Below are positions 51,184 through 60,577 of a stretch of DNA of 64,000 bases, piece by piece. The position numbers were made by a program, and so were the translations under genes. The stretch comes from Pseudobdellovibrionaceae bacterium (GTDB lineage: Bacteria; Bdellovibrionota; Bdellovibrionia; Bdellovibrionales; UBA1609): the NCBI GenBank assembly GCA_020635075.1, contig JACKAM010000001.1, positions 963,402 to 1,027,401 of the forward strand, in the 5' to 3' direction. Each line of letters begins with the position of its first letter. The first letter of the stretch is position 1. Below the pieces are notes generated by a model. That model was not told the origin of the DNA, did no database searches, and saw only the letters and a list, made by a program, of their open reading frames with translations.

Positions 51184-52061
51184 GTCTTGGCCTCAATGCC
51201 CTACTTGTCGAGGATTCCACAGCCACCAAAGCCCTTTTCTTTCTCGCCCTGGCATTTGTCTTTTGCTTTCTGTCGCGCAAACACTTCTATTGGTTTACAT
51301 GCATATGCCTTTTCCTGGCTCTTGGGGTGATGGCCAGCCGGATCATGTGGCCAGGAGTCTTGATTCTCTCCATCACGGGAGGACTTCTCGCCGTCTATCA
51401 TCTTAAGATCAACTTGCCCATGTGGGGGCGTTTGGCTGTCACACTTTTGGCCCTCGGAATTGGAGCGGCCTTGTCCCTTCACCTGCTTCCAGGCTTTGAT
51501 AACTGGCATGTTGGTCGCGACGTGATCAAGGGCTCAGGTAGGCCCTTTCAACTCTATCTCAATTTTGATAAACCCTTTTTTGGAGTGGTGTTTTTTGCTC
51601 TCGCTGGGCAGGCAGCCCGCAGCCAGAAGAGCTGGAAAGTGATCCTTAAACCAGTCTTCATTGCGTTACCAGGCGCACTGATTGCTGTTTTGGGAGGAGC
51701 TTTCACTCTCGGGTGGCTCAATCTTGAAGTCATTTCTCCTCCCGATTGGATCGGCGTTTGGGTCTTCAAAAATCTATTCCTCACTGTTATTGCCGAAGAG
51801 GCTTTGTTTCGGGGCCTCATCCAGAAAGAGCTTCACCAATATTTGCCGTCAAAATGGAAGTGGCTGGCTCTGGTTATGGCCTCTTTTCTCTTTGGTCTCG
51901 CTCACTTCGGGGGCGGGACTCGCTATGTGCTTGCCGCCACCTTTGCCGGTTTGTTTTATGGGTGGGTCTGGCAGAGGGCTGGACAGCGCCTAGAAGCCTC
52001 CATTCTCACCCATTTCGGCCTTAACCTCACCCACCTACTCCTATTCACTTATCCACAGTAA
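51180..52061 (+). CDS. CPBP-family (CAAX/Abi) intramembrane metalloprotease
   Basis: ATGA overlap with the upstream gene. Motifs are EEALFRG, FGLAHF and HFGLNLTH. Confidence 0.9.
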   Translation: MSLGLNALLVEDSTATKALFFLALAFVFCFLSRKHFYWFTCICLFLALGVMASRIMWPGVLILSITGGLLAVYHLKINLPMWGRLAVTLLALGIGAALSLHLLPGFDNWHVGRDVIKGSGRPFQLYLNFDKPFFGVVFFALAGQAARSQKSWKVILKPVFIALPGALIAVLGGAFTLGWLNLEVISPPDWIGVWVFKNLFLTVIAEEALFRGLIQKELHQYLPSKWKWLALVMASFLFGLAHFGGGTRYVLAATFAGLFYGWVWQRAGQRLEASILTHFGLNLTHLLLFTYPQ

Positions 52062-52090
52062 AGCCAACGTCTCACAGTGAGACGTTGGCT
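52062..52090. terminator. perfect 13-bp hairpin immediately after the operon stop (terminator-like, no strong T-run)
   Basis: AGCCAACGTCTCA-cag-TGAGACGTTGGCT starts 1 nt after the 52061 stop. Confidence 0.5.
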
Positions 52091-52279
52091 TGCACGAGAT
52101 GTGTGGATTTTTGAGGCGATTTCAACCCCTTAAAGGGAGAGGATAATTTCTTGATTTCCAGCCTCCAGCTTGCCCGACTTTTGGCCGACAAAAATGATAC
52201 ACTGATAATGCGCGAAGGGTATGAATCTTCAGTGATCGCCACGTCTTAGGCGAATAAACTCTGGTAGAGAAAGAAGGGC

Positions 52280-53899
52280 ATGGTCGGTAAGAGAAAGCTT
52301 CCTTATTTGGCTTTGGCAATTCCCGTTTTACTTTTGGGTATTTTGGGTGCTTTCAATTCCTGCGAAGGAAAGTTTGAAGCCAATAACAAGAGCTGCCAAC
52401 CACCCGGAAACCTGTCGCGTAAACTTGATCCCAAACTGGCTCTGCTTCACTACACCTCTCCTTTTGCAAACGGCAAAGTTATGCTCGGTCAGTACAGGAT
52501 TGAAAGCGGCGGGGCCCAAATTCATTCCAAAGTGAAAGACAATCCAATCACACTTCCTGCAGGAAGCCAGCTAGCGGCACTGGTAAACACCTCTTGCCTT
52601 GAGCAAAAACGGCAACAGGGAGAGATGCCACCGCCTTTGAGCGTTGAAGTCGCCGATGGCCGGGAGATTCTGCCAGGCCTTGATAAACAGGCCTTTTCAT
52701 TTATGACGACGACGGACCTGGACGTGGCTGAACTGGAAGCCGAGGCCGCCAGCGACCGCTGCGTAGTGGGCATCAGCTACAACCACAAATATGACCTTCA
52801 CGCCAACTATGATGATCCCGGCGCATACTACCAAAATCATTTGGCTTCCCTTCATGGGCCCGTGGCCTACGATGGCTTTTACCATCCTCAGTATGGAATG
52901 CCCATGAACTACAACGGGCGCGAGCCGATCATTGCCATAGTCGATACTGGGGTGGATTACAATCACCCCGACATCTCCTCCCGCATGTGGCGCCATCAGG
53001 ATGGGATTGGCATCGACGCCACCACCATCGGCACAGCCTTGGTCGATTACAATCCGATGGACAACTCCCCTATTTCCCACGGCACCCACGTAGCAGGCCT
53101 GGCGGCTGCTGCTGGCAACAATGGCGTCGGGGTCACTGGAACCATGCCTTTCTTTGCCAAAATTATGGCCATCCGCGTGTTCCGCAAAAATGGTAATAAC
53201 TTTGAAACCACAAGTGAGATTGTTTCCAACGGAATCCGTTTTGCCTTTCTCAACGGAGCAGACGTTATCAATCTCAGTCTTGGCCGATTGACCAATGGTC
53301 CGGACTCAGATCCTTTTTATTTGGATGCCATCACTGAGGCCGTGAACGCTGACGTGGTGGTTGTCAGTGCAGTGGGTAACGCGACAAACAGTTCCCCAGC
53401 ACAAGAGGTCAATGGCACGAGTTTCACTTCCTTACCGGCCATGTATGGTGAATCCTTGGCCGGCATGATCACTGTAGGCTCGGTGGACAGTAAGACCAAT
53501 GCCTGGAGTTCATTTAGTCACTACAGCACCAAGTATGTGGAAATTGGGGCGCCCGGAGCTGAGGAAAATGGGACGGGTCTTTACTCCACTGTCACTCCCG
53601 TCGCCTACCACCAAAATCAACTCTACTCGCGACTCTCTGGAACTTCCATGTCAGCGCCCATTGTGACGGGTGCTGCCGCCCTGGTCGTGGGCTTGCTGAG
53701 AAACACATTTGGGGTAAAGCCCAAGGCATCTGAAGTGGAGCGCCTACTGACTGAAGGCGCGATTCAAGATCCAGGACTCACGGCTTATTACAAACAGGGG
53801 CGTCGTTTGGATTTGGAGGCTCTGATAAAGAAAGTCCACGAGGACTATCCTGAGACAATTGGTAACTCCCAGGGATTTTCGTCCCAGGGCTGCCCCTAG
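52280..53899 (+). CDS. secreted subtilisin-like serine protease (S8)
   Basis: IVDTGVDYNHPD (Asp), HGTHVAG (His) and GTSMSAP (Ser), with an N-terminal signal. Confidence 0.9.
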   Translation: MVGKRKLPYLALAIPVLLLGILGAFNSCEGKFEANNKSCQPPGNLSRKLDPKLALLHYTSPFANGKVMLGQYRIESGGAQIHSKVKDNPITLPAGSQLAALVNTSCLEQKRQQGEMPPPLSVEVADGREILPGLDKQAFSFMTTTDLDVAELEAEAASDRCVVGISYNHKYDLHANYDDPGAYYQNHLASLHGPVAYDGFYHPQYGMPMNYNGREPIIAIVDTGVDYNHPDISSRMWRHQDGIGIDATTIGTALVDYNPMDNSPISHGTHVAGLAAAAGNNGVGVTGTMPFFAKIMAIRVFRKNGNNFETTSEIVSNGIRFAFLNGADVINLSLGRLTNGPDSDPFYLDAITEAVNADVVVVSAVGNATNSSPAQEVNGTSFTSLPAMYGESLAGMITVGSVDSKTNAWSSFSHYSTKYVEIGAPGAEENGTGLYSTVTPVAYHQNQLYSRLSGTSMSAPIVTGAAALVVGLLRNTFGVKPKASEVERLLTEGAIQDPGLTAYYKQGRRLDLEALIKKVHEDYPETIGNSQGFSSQGCP

Positions 53900-53911
53900 A
53901 GCTGTTAGGCT

Positions 53912-54367
53912 CTAGGGACGCTCTGCCTCACGCCACACATCGACCCAGTCATCCTCACCCTGCTTAAGGCGAATGCCGGCCAACAGCTTTCCCAATCGCT
54001 GGCTCAATTGCTGAAAACAAAACTGACCCAGGTTTTCCAATGTCGGTACCTTGTCGGCAAAAGCGGGTACGTCAAAGGCCAGATGACGGTGATCCAACTG
54101 GCCCACCACTTGCTGAAGGTCTTTCTCCACATCCGTCAGGTTGACCACCAGACCGGTTACAGGATCACGAGATCCCTCCACACGGACTTCCAGGACATAG
54201 TTGTAACCATGACCATGAGGACTAAAATGGGGCCCAAAAACCTGCAGATTTTTGGCCTCAGACCATTCACTTCGTGCATAGCGAACTCCGCTGCTAAAAA
54301 AGGCCTTGCGAGCCAAAATCAAATGAGCAGGCACGGATGAGTCCTTTGTCTTAACCACCTTTGTCAC
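53912..54367 (-). CDS. PTPS/QueD-fold paralogue with substituted active-site residues
   Basis: FFSSGVRY...FGPHFSPHGHGYNY...GLVVNLTD aligns to the copy at 4284..4727. The first Zn His is replaced by Val, the catalytic Cys by His, and HGHGH by HGHGY. Confidence 0.8.
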   Translation of the reverse strand: MTKVVKTKDSSVPAHLILARKAFFSSGVRYARSEWSEAKNLQVFGPHFSPHGHGYNYVLEVRVEGSRDPVTGLVVNLTDVEKDLQQVVGQLDHRHLAFDVPAFADKVPTLENLGQFCFQQLSQRLGKLLAGIRLKQGEDDWVDVWREAERP

Positions 54368-54454
54368 TGAAGACGGCCCTCCCTTCGGGTCAGGCTTGAC
54401 TCTAGTCCAGCTCTACCCAAGAATGGAACGGATATTGTCTGCGTCATTAGAACC

Positions 54455-55522
54455 GTGACCAAAAGGGTGGGATTCAGTTTGATGCGCATCATGGTGTTAT
54501 TACTTCTCCTTGTTGGGCCGACATTGCCCGCCTGTTCGAATGTTCTCCCCAAGGGCGAGCCTGCGAAGCAGGCCTTGCCGGACTCCCCCTTTGATAACGG
54601 CGAAGAAAGGGCTGAGCCCTCTTCACCGCAATCTGATAGAATGCATTTGACCGAGAAAAAATCTGGGACAGCTCCTAGCCTTGCAGACAAACAGAAAAAG
54701 GAAAGCGCACCTGTCCAACCGAGCTCTTCGGCCACCAGGTATTCGCCAGAAGAAGTGGCCTCCATTTGTTACCAAAGCCTCAAGGGGCTTCCAGGTCAGT
54801 TCAACCAGAAGGAACTCAAAGAGGTTTGTCAAAAGACGCTGGTCATGGACGGCTGCTCCAGTGAGCAGGATCGACCCATTTTTCACTACGACAGGCCTGG
54901 AAGGGACAGCGAGGGCAAGCGCATATTGACACTGTCTTTGATCCACGGAGATGAGTACCCCAGCGGCAGTGTGGCTCGGGCCTGGATCGCCCGACTGGAA
55001 AGGCTCAATCCCCGCAACAGCTGGCGGGTCATTCCGGTGATGAATCCTGACGGCTTAAGGAAGGGCACTCGCACCAACGCTCGGGGTGTGGACCTGAACC
55101 GCAACTTCCCAACTAAGAACTGGGACGATGAGGCTCTTCACAAGTGGAAGACGCTCAAGAAAGAAGACCCTCGTCGCTACCCGGGTCCCTATGCCTCAAG
55201 TGAGGTGGAGACCCGCTGTGCGGTGAAGCACATCGAGGAGTTTAAGCCTGACTTTATTATTTCCATTCACACCCCGCTGGGAGTGTTGGACTTTGATGGA
55301 CCCAAGGTTAAGTATCCACACTTTAAACCTTTGCCCTGGATTTCGCTGGGGCATTTCCCGGGGAGTCTCGGTCGCTATATGTGGAAGGATCGCAACATTC
55401 CAGTCCTCACCATTGAACTCAAAGGTGATCGGGGGATGCGCCATTTGGAGCAGTTCGATCGCCTCCAGGATATCTCTGGAACGGTTGCCATTCAGGCAGA
55501 TGAAGCCAAGACCGATAAATAA
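54455..55522 (+). CDS. M14 zinc carboxypeptidase-like lipoprotein (MpaA-type murein peptide amidase candidate)
   Basis: Lipobox LPACS, IHGDEYPS (HxxE zinc site) and DLNRNFP. GTG start. Confidence 0.8.
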   Translation: MTKRVGFSLMRIMVLLLLLVGPTLPACSNVLPKGEPAKQALPDSPFDNGEERAEPSSPQSDRMHLTEKKSGTAPSLADKQKKESAPVQPSSSATRYSPEEVASICYQSLKGLPGQFNQKELKEVCQKTLVMDGCSSEQDRPIFHYDRPGRDSEGKRILTLSLIHGDEYPSGSVARAWIARLERLNPRNSWRVIPVMNPDGLRKGTRTNARGVDLNRNFPTKNWDDEALHKWKTLKKEDPRRYPGPYASSEVETRCAVKHIEEFKPDFIISIHTPLGVLDFDGPKVKYPHFKPLPWISLGHFPGSLGRYMWKDRNIPVLTIELKGDRGMRHLEQFDRLQDISGTVAIQADEAKTDK

Positions 55523-55534
55523 GGCACGGGTATC

Positions 55535-55951
55535 TTATTTAAGATGCATGGGCCCGAAGAAGTGGGGGCACAACTCCGCCACCGTTTGAGCAATTTCCTT
55601 GCCTTTAAGATTGGCCAAGATCACCGGTACTTCGGGTGAGGAGAACTCACTCACCACCTGGCGACACATCCCACAGGGGGGCCAGGGTTGGTCACTGTCC
55701 GTCACAACAACCAGGGCCTGCACACGCTTGGCTCCCTCACTCACGCCCTTCCAAATGGCCGTTCGCTCGGCGCACACCGTGCCCCCGTAAGAGGCATTTT
55801 CCACATTGCAACCACCATAAATCTGACCGTTGTCCATGAGAACGCTGGCCCCAACTTTAAAACCGCTGTAGGGACTGTGGGAATTCAGCCGCGCCTCCAT
55901 GGCCGCCTGAAGCATTTTTGCCTTGGTGTTAGTATCCAGTGTTTCTGCCAT
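55535..55951 (-). CDS. cdd: cytidine deaminase
   Basis: 138 aa with the CAERTAI and PCGMCRQ zinc motifs. Confidence 0.9.
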   Translation of the reverse strand: MAETLDTNTKAKMLQAAMEARLNSHSPYSGFKVGASVLMDNGQIYGGCNVENASYGGTVCAERTAIWKGVSEGAKRVQALVVVTDSDQPWPPCGMCRQVVSEFSSPEVPVILANLKGKEIAQTVAELCPHFFGPMHLK

Positions 55952-55965
55952 CGCCTCTGGACCTC

Positions 55966-56514
55966 TTAGTAGTGGATAAAGGCTTGATATGGAGTGGACA
56001 GTTTTTTACCGCCTTCAAGGAATTTGATTTCCATCAGAAAGCGATGACCCAACACCTGGGCTCCACACTTGGTCACTAGGGTTTCGGTCGCATGAGCCGT
56101 TCCTCCCGTTGCCAGTACGTCGTCAATGATGATGACTTTAGAGTTCTCATCCAGAGCGTGCTCATGGATCTGCAAGGTATCCGTTCCATATTCCAAGTCA
56201 TAGGTGTGACTCACGGTCTTGCGCGGTAGCTTGCCCGGCTTGCGCGCCAAAACCACACCAATCGGGCGGTGCTGAGCAACGGCCGCACCCAAAATAAATC
56301 CCCGACTTTCAATCGCCACCAAGTGAGTGGTCTCAGCCGGGAGGCTTTCAGCGAAGTGACGGGCTAAAGAGACAAAGGCCTGGTTATTTTCCAAAATGGG
56401 CGTGATGTCCTTAAACAAGACACCGGGCTTGGGAAAATCGGCCACGTCCTCAATGAGATTTTCAATTTCCTTGATCGACCAGTTTTTCACTTCTTTCCCC
56501 CTTAAAACTTCCAC
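55966..56514 (-). CDS. apt: adenine phosphoribosyltransferase
   Basis: FKDITPIL and the VIIIDDVLATGGTA PRPP-binding motif. 182 aa. Confidence 0.95.
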   Translation of the reverse strand: MEVLRGKEVKNWSIKEIENLIEDVADFPKPGVLFKDITPILENNQAFVSLARHFAESLPAETTHLVAIESRGFILGAAVAQHRPIGVVLARKPGKLPRKTVSHTYDLEYGTDTLQIHEHALDENSKVIIIDDVLATGGTAHATETLVTKCGAQVLGHRFLMEIKFLEGGKKLSTPYQAFIHY

Positions 56515-56969
56515 TCCTGAAAACCCTTGGCCTGAGCTTTGGCCAAATCTTCAGCTTTGATTTCATAAACGTTGGCACGCCCTGTAGCTGCTCCGCACAC
56601 CTGTATGTGCATGAGGCCATCAGGCTTGTTCTCCTGGGAAAAAACCTGCATACCCTTCAGCTCTTTGGCCATGGTCTTTACTGATATGGGCTGACCCGCT
56701 CCGCATTGCTTGGAACCATCGTACTTGTAGACAAATACTCGATTTTCCAAAGGCGGGAAGGCCCCCTGCCCAGCTGAAGCCTCATCCCCAGGTGAAGGAG
56801 AGGTCTCATCAATAGGCTTCACTTGCCCCGGGTTTTTCGGCGTGATCATGGTCCCATCCCTTCGGCAATTCCCCGATGTGCAGGATGCCACCAGCAAGGT
56901 GGTCAACCCCAGCCAGGAAAAATTGCGTCGGGTTATTCCCATGGCCAAACCCGATGTGGGATGTCCCAA
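56502..56969 (-). CDS. lipoprotein of unknown function
   Basis: RRNFSWLGLTTLLVASC (lipobox). It overlaps both the bamB end and the apt start. Confidence 0.55.
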   Translation of the reverse strand: MGHPTSGLAMGITRRNFSWLGLTTLLVASCTSGNCRRDGTMITPKNPGQVKPIDETSPSPGDEASAGQGAFPPLENRVFVYKYDGSKQCGAGQPISVKTMAKELKGMQVFSQENKPDGLMHIQVCGAATGRANVYEIKAEDLAKAQAKGFQEWKF

Positions 56970-58084
56970 CCCAATTTTAGTGCGTAAAGAACCGCATTGG
57001 CGGACATAAAATAAATATCGCCCGTGGTCCCATCCAAATAAGGCGAGGAAGTCACTCCCCGGCCCGTTTTAAACTCTGAAACCTCGCTCCCCGTGCGGGC
57101 ATCCAGGATCTTAAGGCTTCCCTGGGACTCACCGTAGATCAAAAGTCCTCGATAAAGAACAGGAGAAGAGGCCACTCCCCGCACATTGTTTTTGCTCCAC
57201 AGAGCTTTACCTGAGGCCTTATCAAGGGCCATCATCTTACCAGTTGAAGTCCCATAGTAGATCACGTCCTTATCCACCAGGACGGGGGCATAGCCACCTT
57301 CTTCCAAACGCCAGTAGATCGTTCCGTCTTTGCGGTCTAAACAATAAAGGGCGCCATCAAAACTGGAAACATAAATGCGATCCCCATCAGAAACCGCCGT
57401 GGCGTCCACGTCGCGAAACCGCTTGTTCTGGTTGAGGTTCTGCTCCCAAGCAACCGTGCCCTTGCTCTTATCCAATGAAACAAAGCTCCCATCGCTAAAG
57501 CCCAGGTAAAGGTGAGGCCCAATCACCAAAGGTCGGCTGGCTCCCCGGATGCTGAGCTGACTAGGATCCAAACGGTTGTAGGTCCAAAGCTGCTGGCCCG
57601 TCTTGGCATTTAAAGCATAAAGAACATTGTTGCCGGCCAGGAAGTAGACCACATCATTTTCAACCAAAGGCTCTCCCAAGGTCTCAATGCGCACGGGGAA
57701 GGTCCACAGGGTGTCCCCTGTCTCTGCGTTCAGGGCATAAAACAAACCATCGCTGGCACCAAAGTACAAAGTGTTATCAACAATCTGAGCTCCACCTTCC
57801 ACGCCATCACGCATTTCACGCACCCAGCGCACTTTGCCAGTGTTACGATCATAGGCTGTCAATCGATCAATGGCATTGCCTTCGATGACCAGCTTCTCCG
57901 TCACCACTGGTTTCATCCGATTCATGCGACGAAAGTGGAGGTACTCCCCTTCGGGCGTCGACCTCAGCCAATGTCTTTTGACCATGAACTTCTTTTTTTC
58001 CACATGAGGAGCAGAAGAACATCCGCCCAAGAGAACGCCTAATCCCAAAACTACGAGTAGAGGTGCTTTACCCCAGCTCTTCAT
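56933..58084 (-). CDS. bamB: outer membrane protein assembly factor BamB (PQQ-like beta-propeller lipoprotein)
   Basis: Lipobox LLGGCS and repeated LYALNAxTGxxLW propeller blades. It is preceded by a yfgM-like gene, as in many proteobacteria. Confidence 0.85.
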   Translation of the reverse strand: MKSWGKAPLLVVLGLGVLLGGCSSAPHVEKKKFMVKRHWLRSTPEGEYLHFRRMNRMKPVVTEKLVIEGNAIDRLTAYDRNTGKVRWVREMRDGVEGGAQIVDNTLYFGASDGLFYALNAETGDTLWTFPVRIETLGEPLVENDVVYFLAGNNVLYALNAKTGQQLWTYNRLDPSQLSIRGASRPLVIGPHLYLGFSDGSFVSLDKSKGTVAWEQNLNQNKRFRDVDATAVSDGDRIYVSSFDGALYCLDRKDGTIYWRLEEGGYAPVLVDKDVIYYGTSTGKMMALDKASGKALWSKNNVRGVASSPVLYRGLLIYGESQGSLKILDARTGSEVSEFKTGRGVTSSPYLDGTTGDIYFMSANAVLYALKLGWDIPHRVWPWE

Positions 58085-58109
58085 AACCTCTCCTTGGCCT
58101 GCGAACCCA

Positions 58110-58874
58110 TTAACGGCCAGCGGCCGCCTTTTCCAGATTCATCAATCGTAGGTAACCCTTAGCCGTTTTGCCTGCGTCGGTTGCAGAAAACTCCTGGCTG
58201 GCCCGGTTGTAGTGATCTCTGGCCTTGTCCACATTGCCCAATATCTCTTCAGCTAAGCCGAGTTTCAACACCGCTTCTGCGTGCAAAAAGGCAGAGCCAG
58301 GATCCTTGACCACCATTTCAAACTCGGAGCGAGCCTCTTCGTTCTTTCCCGTTGCTGCCAGTGCTGTCCCCATTTGCATATGCAGAAGACCAAAAAAGGT
58401 TCCACTCTTGCCAACGCGTGGAAGCTGTTCAGCCAAAAAGGCCTTGGCCTTTTCGAACTCTTTGTAGTCCATGTAGAGGGCTGCCAAATGAATGGAAGCG
58501 ATCAAGGAGGCCTTACTCCCCTTCAAATCGTTAATCTGACTGGAGTACTCTGACAGCAAAGGGCCAAAGTCTGCTTCCAAGGAACGATCGGCAGCCGGCT
58601 CCTTTTTTTCTTTCTTGGCTTCCAGCTCTTTGGCGATTTCTTCTTGTTTCTTTTTTATCTTGGCTTCAACCGTATAAAGAGCTTCCTGAGCGGACTTCTC
58701 CCTGTAGCCAGCCCATTGGTCCCAGGCCACTTTGATGCCGCCGATGACAAAAAGGGCTCCAATAATGGAGAACACAGGGACCTTATTTTTCTCGATCCAC
58801 TTGCCTACTTTGTCCGACGTTGCCACAAAGGCATCTGGCCCACGAACTTCCTCTTTAGATAGCTTTTTACTCAC
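58110..58874 (-). CDS. YfgM-like membrane-anchored TPR protein
   Basis: One N-terminal TM (VFSIIGALFVIGGIKVAW) plus a TPR-like helical domain. It has the conserved position upstream of bamB. Confidence 0.65.
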   Translation of the reverse strand: MSKKLSKEEVRGPDAFVATSDKVGKWIEKNKVPVFSIIGALFVIGGIKVAWDQWAGYREKSAQEALYTVEAKIKKKQEEIAKELEAKKEKKEPAADRSLEADFGPLLSEYSSQINDLKGSKASLIASIHLAALYMDYKEFEKAKAFLAEQLPRVGKSGTFFGLLHMQMGTALAATGKNEEARSEFEMVVKDPGSAFLHAEAVLKLGLAEEILGNVDKARDHYNRASQEFSATDAGKTAKGYLRLMNLEKAAAGR

Positions 58875-58981
58875 CTTGATACCTCACCTGATCTAAGTCT
58901 AGGGCTCAGCATAAAACTGCTGTGCCAGAGAAGTAAAGCTCTGATTGGATGAAGGCTTTTAACTCTCTGGCAACAGAGGAC

Positions 58982-60103
58982 TTATTTCTGACGATTGGTC
59001 ATTTCTTTCAGGGTTGAGAAGGGACGAGCCGTGCGCCCATGATGGTGCTGGCGAAGTCCACCAATCTTCTTAATTCGCTCCTCAGCCAGACGATCAGCCG
59101 CCCGATGCGTAGCGATATTATCCCTCTTAGCGATTTGAAAGACGTTCATCAGATTGTCATAGACCTGGTTGGTCTTTTCAAAGGCCCGATCAGAGGAATA
59201 GCCCTCAAGTTCCACAAAGACGTTCATCAAGCCGCCGGCATTGATCACGTAGTCGGGGGCGTAAAGGATGCCCATTTCCATCAGGTTGTCGCCATGGCGG
59301 TATTCGGCCAATTGGTTATTGGCTCCACCGGCAACCACTTTACACTTCAATTTGGGGAGAGTCTGGTCATTGATCACCGCACCCAAGGCGCAGGGAGCCA
59401 GCACATCACAGTCGCTGGTGACGATTTCGTCGGGACCCACCACGCTGGCGCCAAAACGAGAGGCCATATTCTTTACTTTGTCCTGATCGATATCAGCCAC
59501 CGCCACTTCAGCGCCCTCTTTCACGAGGTACTCCACCAAGTGAGAGCCAACATTGCCTAGGCCTTGTACGGCAACGCGCACACCCTGTAGGCTATCTGTC
59601 TGCATATTTTCTTTTACCGCAGCCTTGATCCCCATCAAAGTCCCGTGAGCTGTATAGGGGCTTGGGTCACCCGATCCGCCGAGAGCCACGGGAATCCCGG
59701 TCACATAAGGAGTTTCCATAAAGATATATTCCATGTCGTGGACCGTGGTGCCCACATCTTCCGCCGTGATATACTTACCTTTAAGAGAGTTCACATAGGC
59801 ACCAAAGGCACGGAACAAAGCTTCCGTCTTCTCCTTTTTTGGGTCACCCATAATGACCGCTTTACCGCCACCTAGGTTCAGTCCTGCGGCCGAAGCCTTG
59901 TAGGTCATCCCCTTAGACAGACGAAGCACGTCGATGAGAGCGTCTTCCTCAGTCTTGTAGGTCCACATCCGGGTTCCACCCAGCGCCGGCCCTAACGTGG
60001 TGTTATGAATGGCGATGATCGCCTTCAGTCCCACTTCCTTGTTATGACAAAAGATCACTTCCTCGTGCTCACCGTGCTTTTCTATCAACTCAAAGGTAAA
60101 CAT
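58982..60103 (-). CDS. leucine (Leu/Val/Phe) dehydrogenase
   Basis: GGTRMW...KGMTYKASAAGLNLGGGKAVI (catalytic Lys motif) and a GLGNVG NAD site. 373 aa. Confidence 0.9.
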   Translation of the reverse strand: MFTFELIEKHGEHEEVIFCHNKEVGLKAIIAIHNTTLGPALGGTRMWTYKTEEDALIDVLRLSKGMTYKASAAGLNLGGGKAVIMGDPKKEKTEALFRAFGAYVNSLKGKYITAEDVGTTVHDMEYIFMETPYVTGIPVALGGSGDPSPYTAHGTLMGIKAAVKENMQTDSLQGVRVAVQGLGNVGSHLVEYLVKEGAEVAVADIDQDKVKNMASRFGASVVGPDEIVTSDCDVLAPCALGAVINDQTLPKLKCKVVAGGANNQLAEYRHGDNLMEMGILYAPDYVINAGGLMNVFVELEGYSSDRAFEKTNQVYDNLMNVFQIAKRDNIATHRAADRLAEERIKKIGGLRQHHHGRTARPFSTLKEMTNRQK

Positions 60104-60577
60104 CTACCTCACCTCCAAAGGAATCTAGGCTGCATAACCCCGGTCATGATGCGCAAGCCACCTTAGAAACTTGGTCACTCGGGTTCAAGGAAAAAGTGGG
60201 GATTTGATTAAGATGACTAAAGAATCCGCCTGCCTCACTGAGTCAGAGAGTAGAGGGCTATGGCCACCAAAACCAGTTGGGTGGCGTAAAAGCCGATCAG
60301 AGCCCGAGAATAGGCTCGCCCCAGGGAGGGAGAGGTGTGGGTTTTGTCTAGATGCCTCATCAAATCCCTTTTCGGCAAATTTTCTTGTCGCTTCAAGGGC
60401 AACTTTCAAGTGTCCCTTGAGCTGCACTAAAGTCAGTAATTACCGTGATTTATCTAACTTCCCATGAATTCCGTCAGTACTTGGGCTGCATTGACTGAAT
60501 CTTCCAGAATGGGTATTGTTGCTCGGCGCGCCATAAGGCCGGCAATCCAGCATCTATAGGGACAAAGGAGAACTTGA

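Noticed and set aside
60253-60330. A GGGC...CCACC-loop-GGTGG-CGTAAAAGCC...GAGCC-loop-GGCTC layout vaguely like GEMM-I, in the 474-nt gap upstream of the PAS-like gene
   Set aside because: The conserved ACGCAAAGC is not matched (GCGTAAAAGC, with one insertion and one substitution) and there is no tetraloop/receptor pair. I rejected it as a riboswitch call. The gap itself remains unexplained, and its 98-aa and 80-aa ORFs look spurious.
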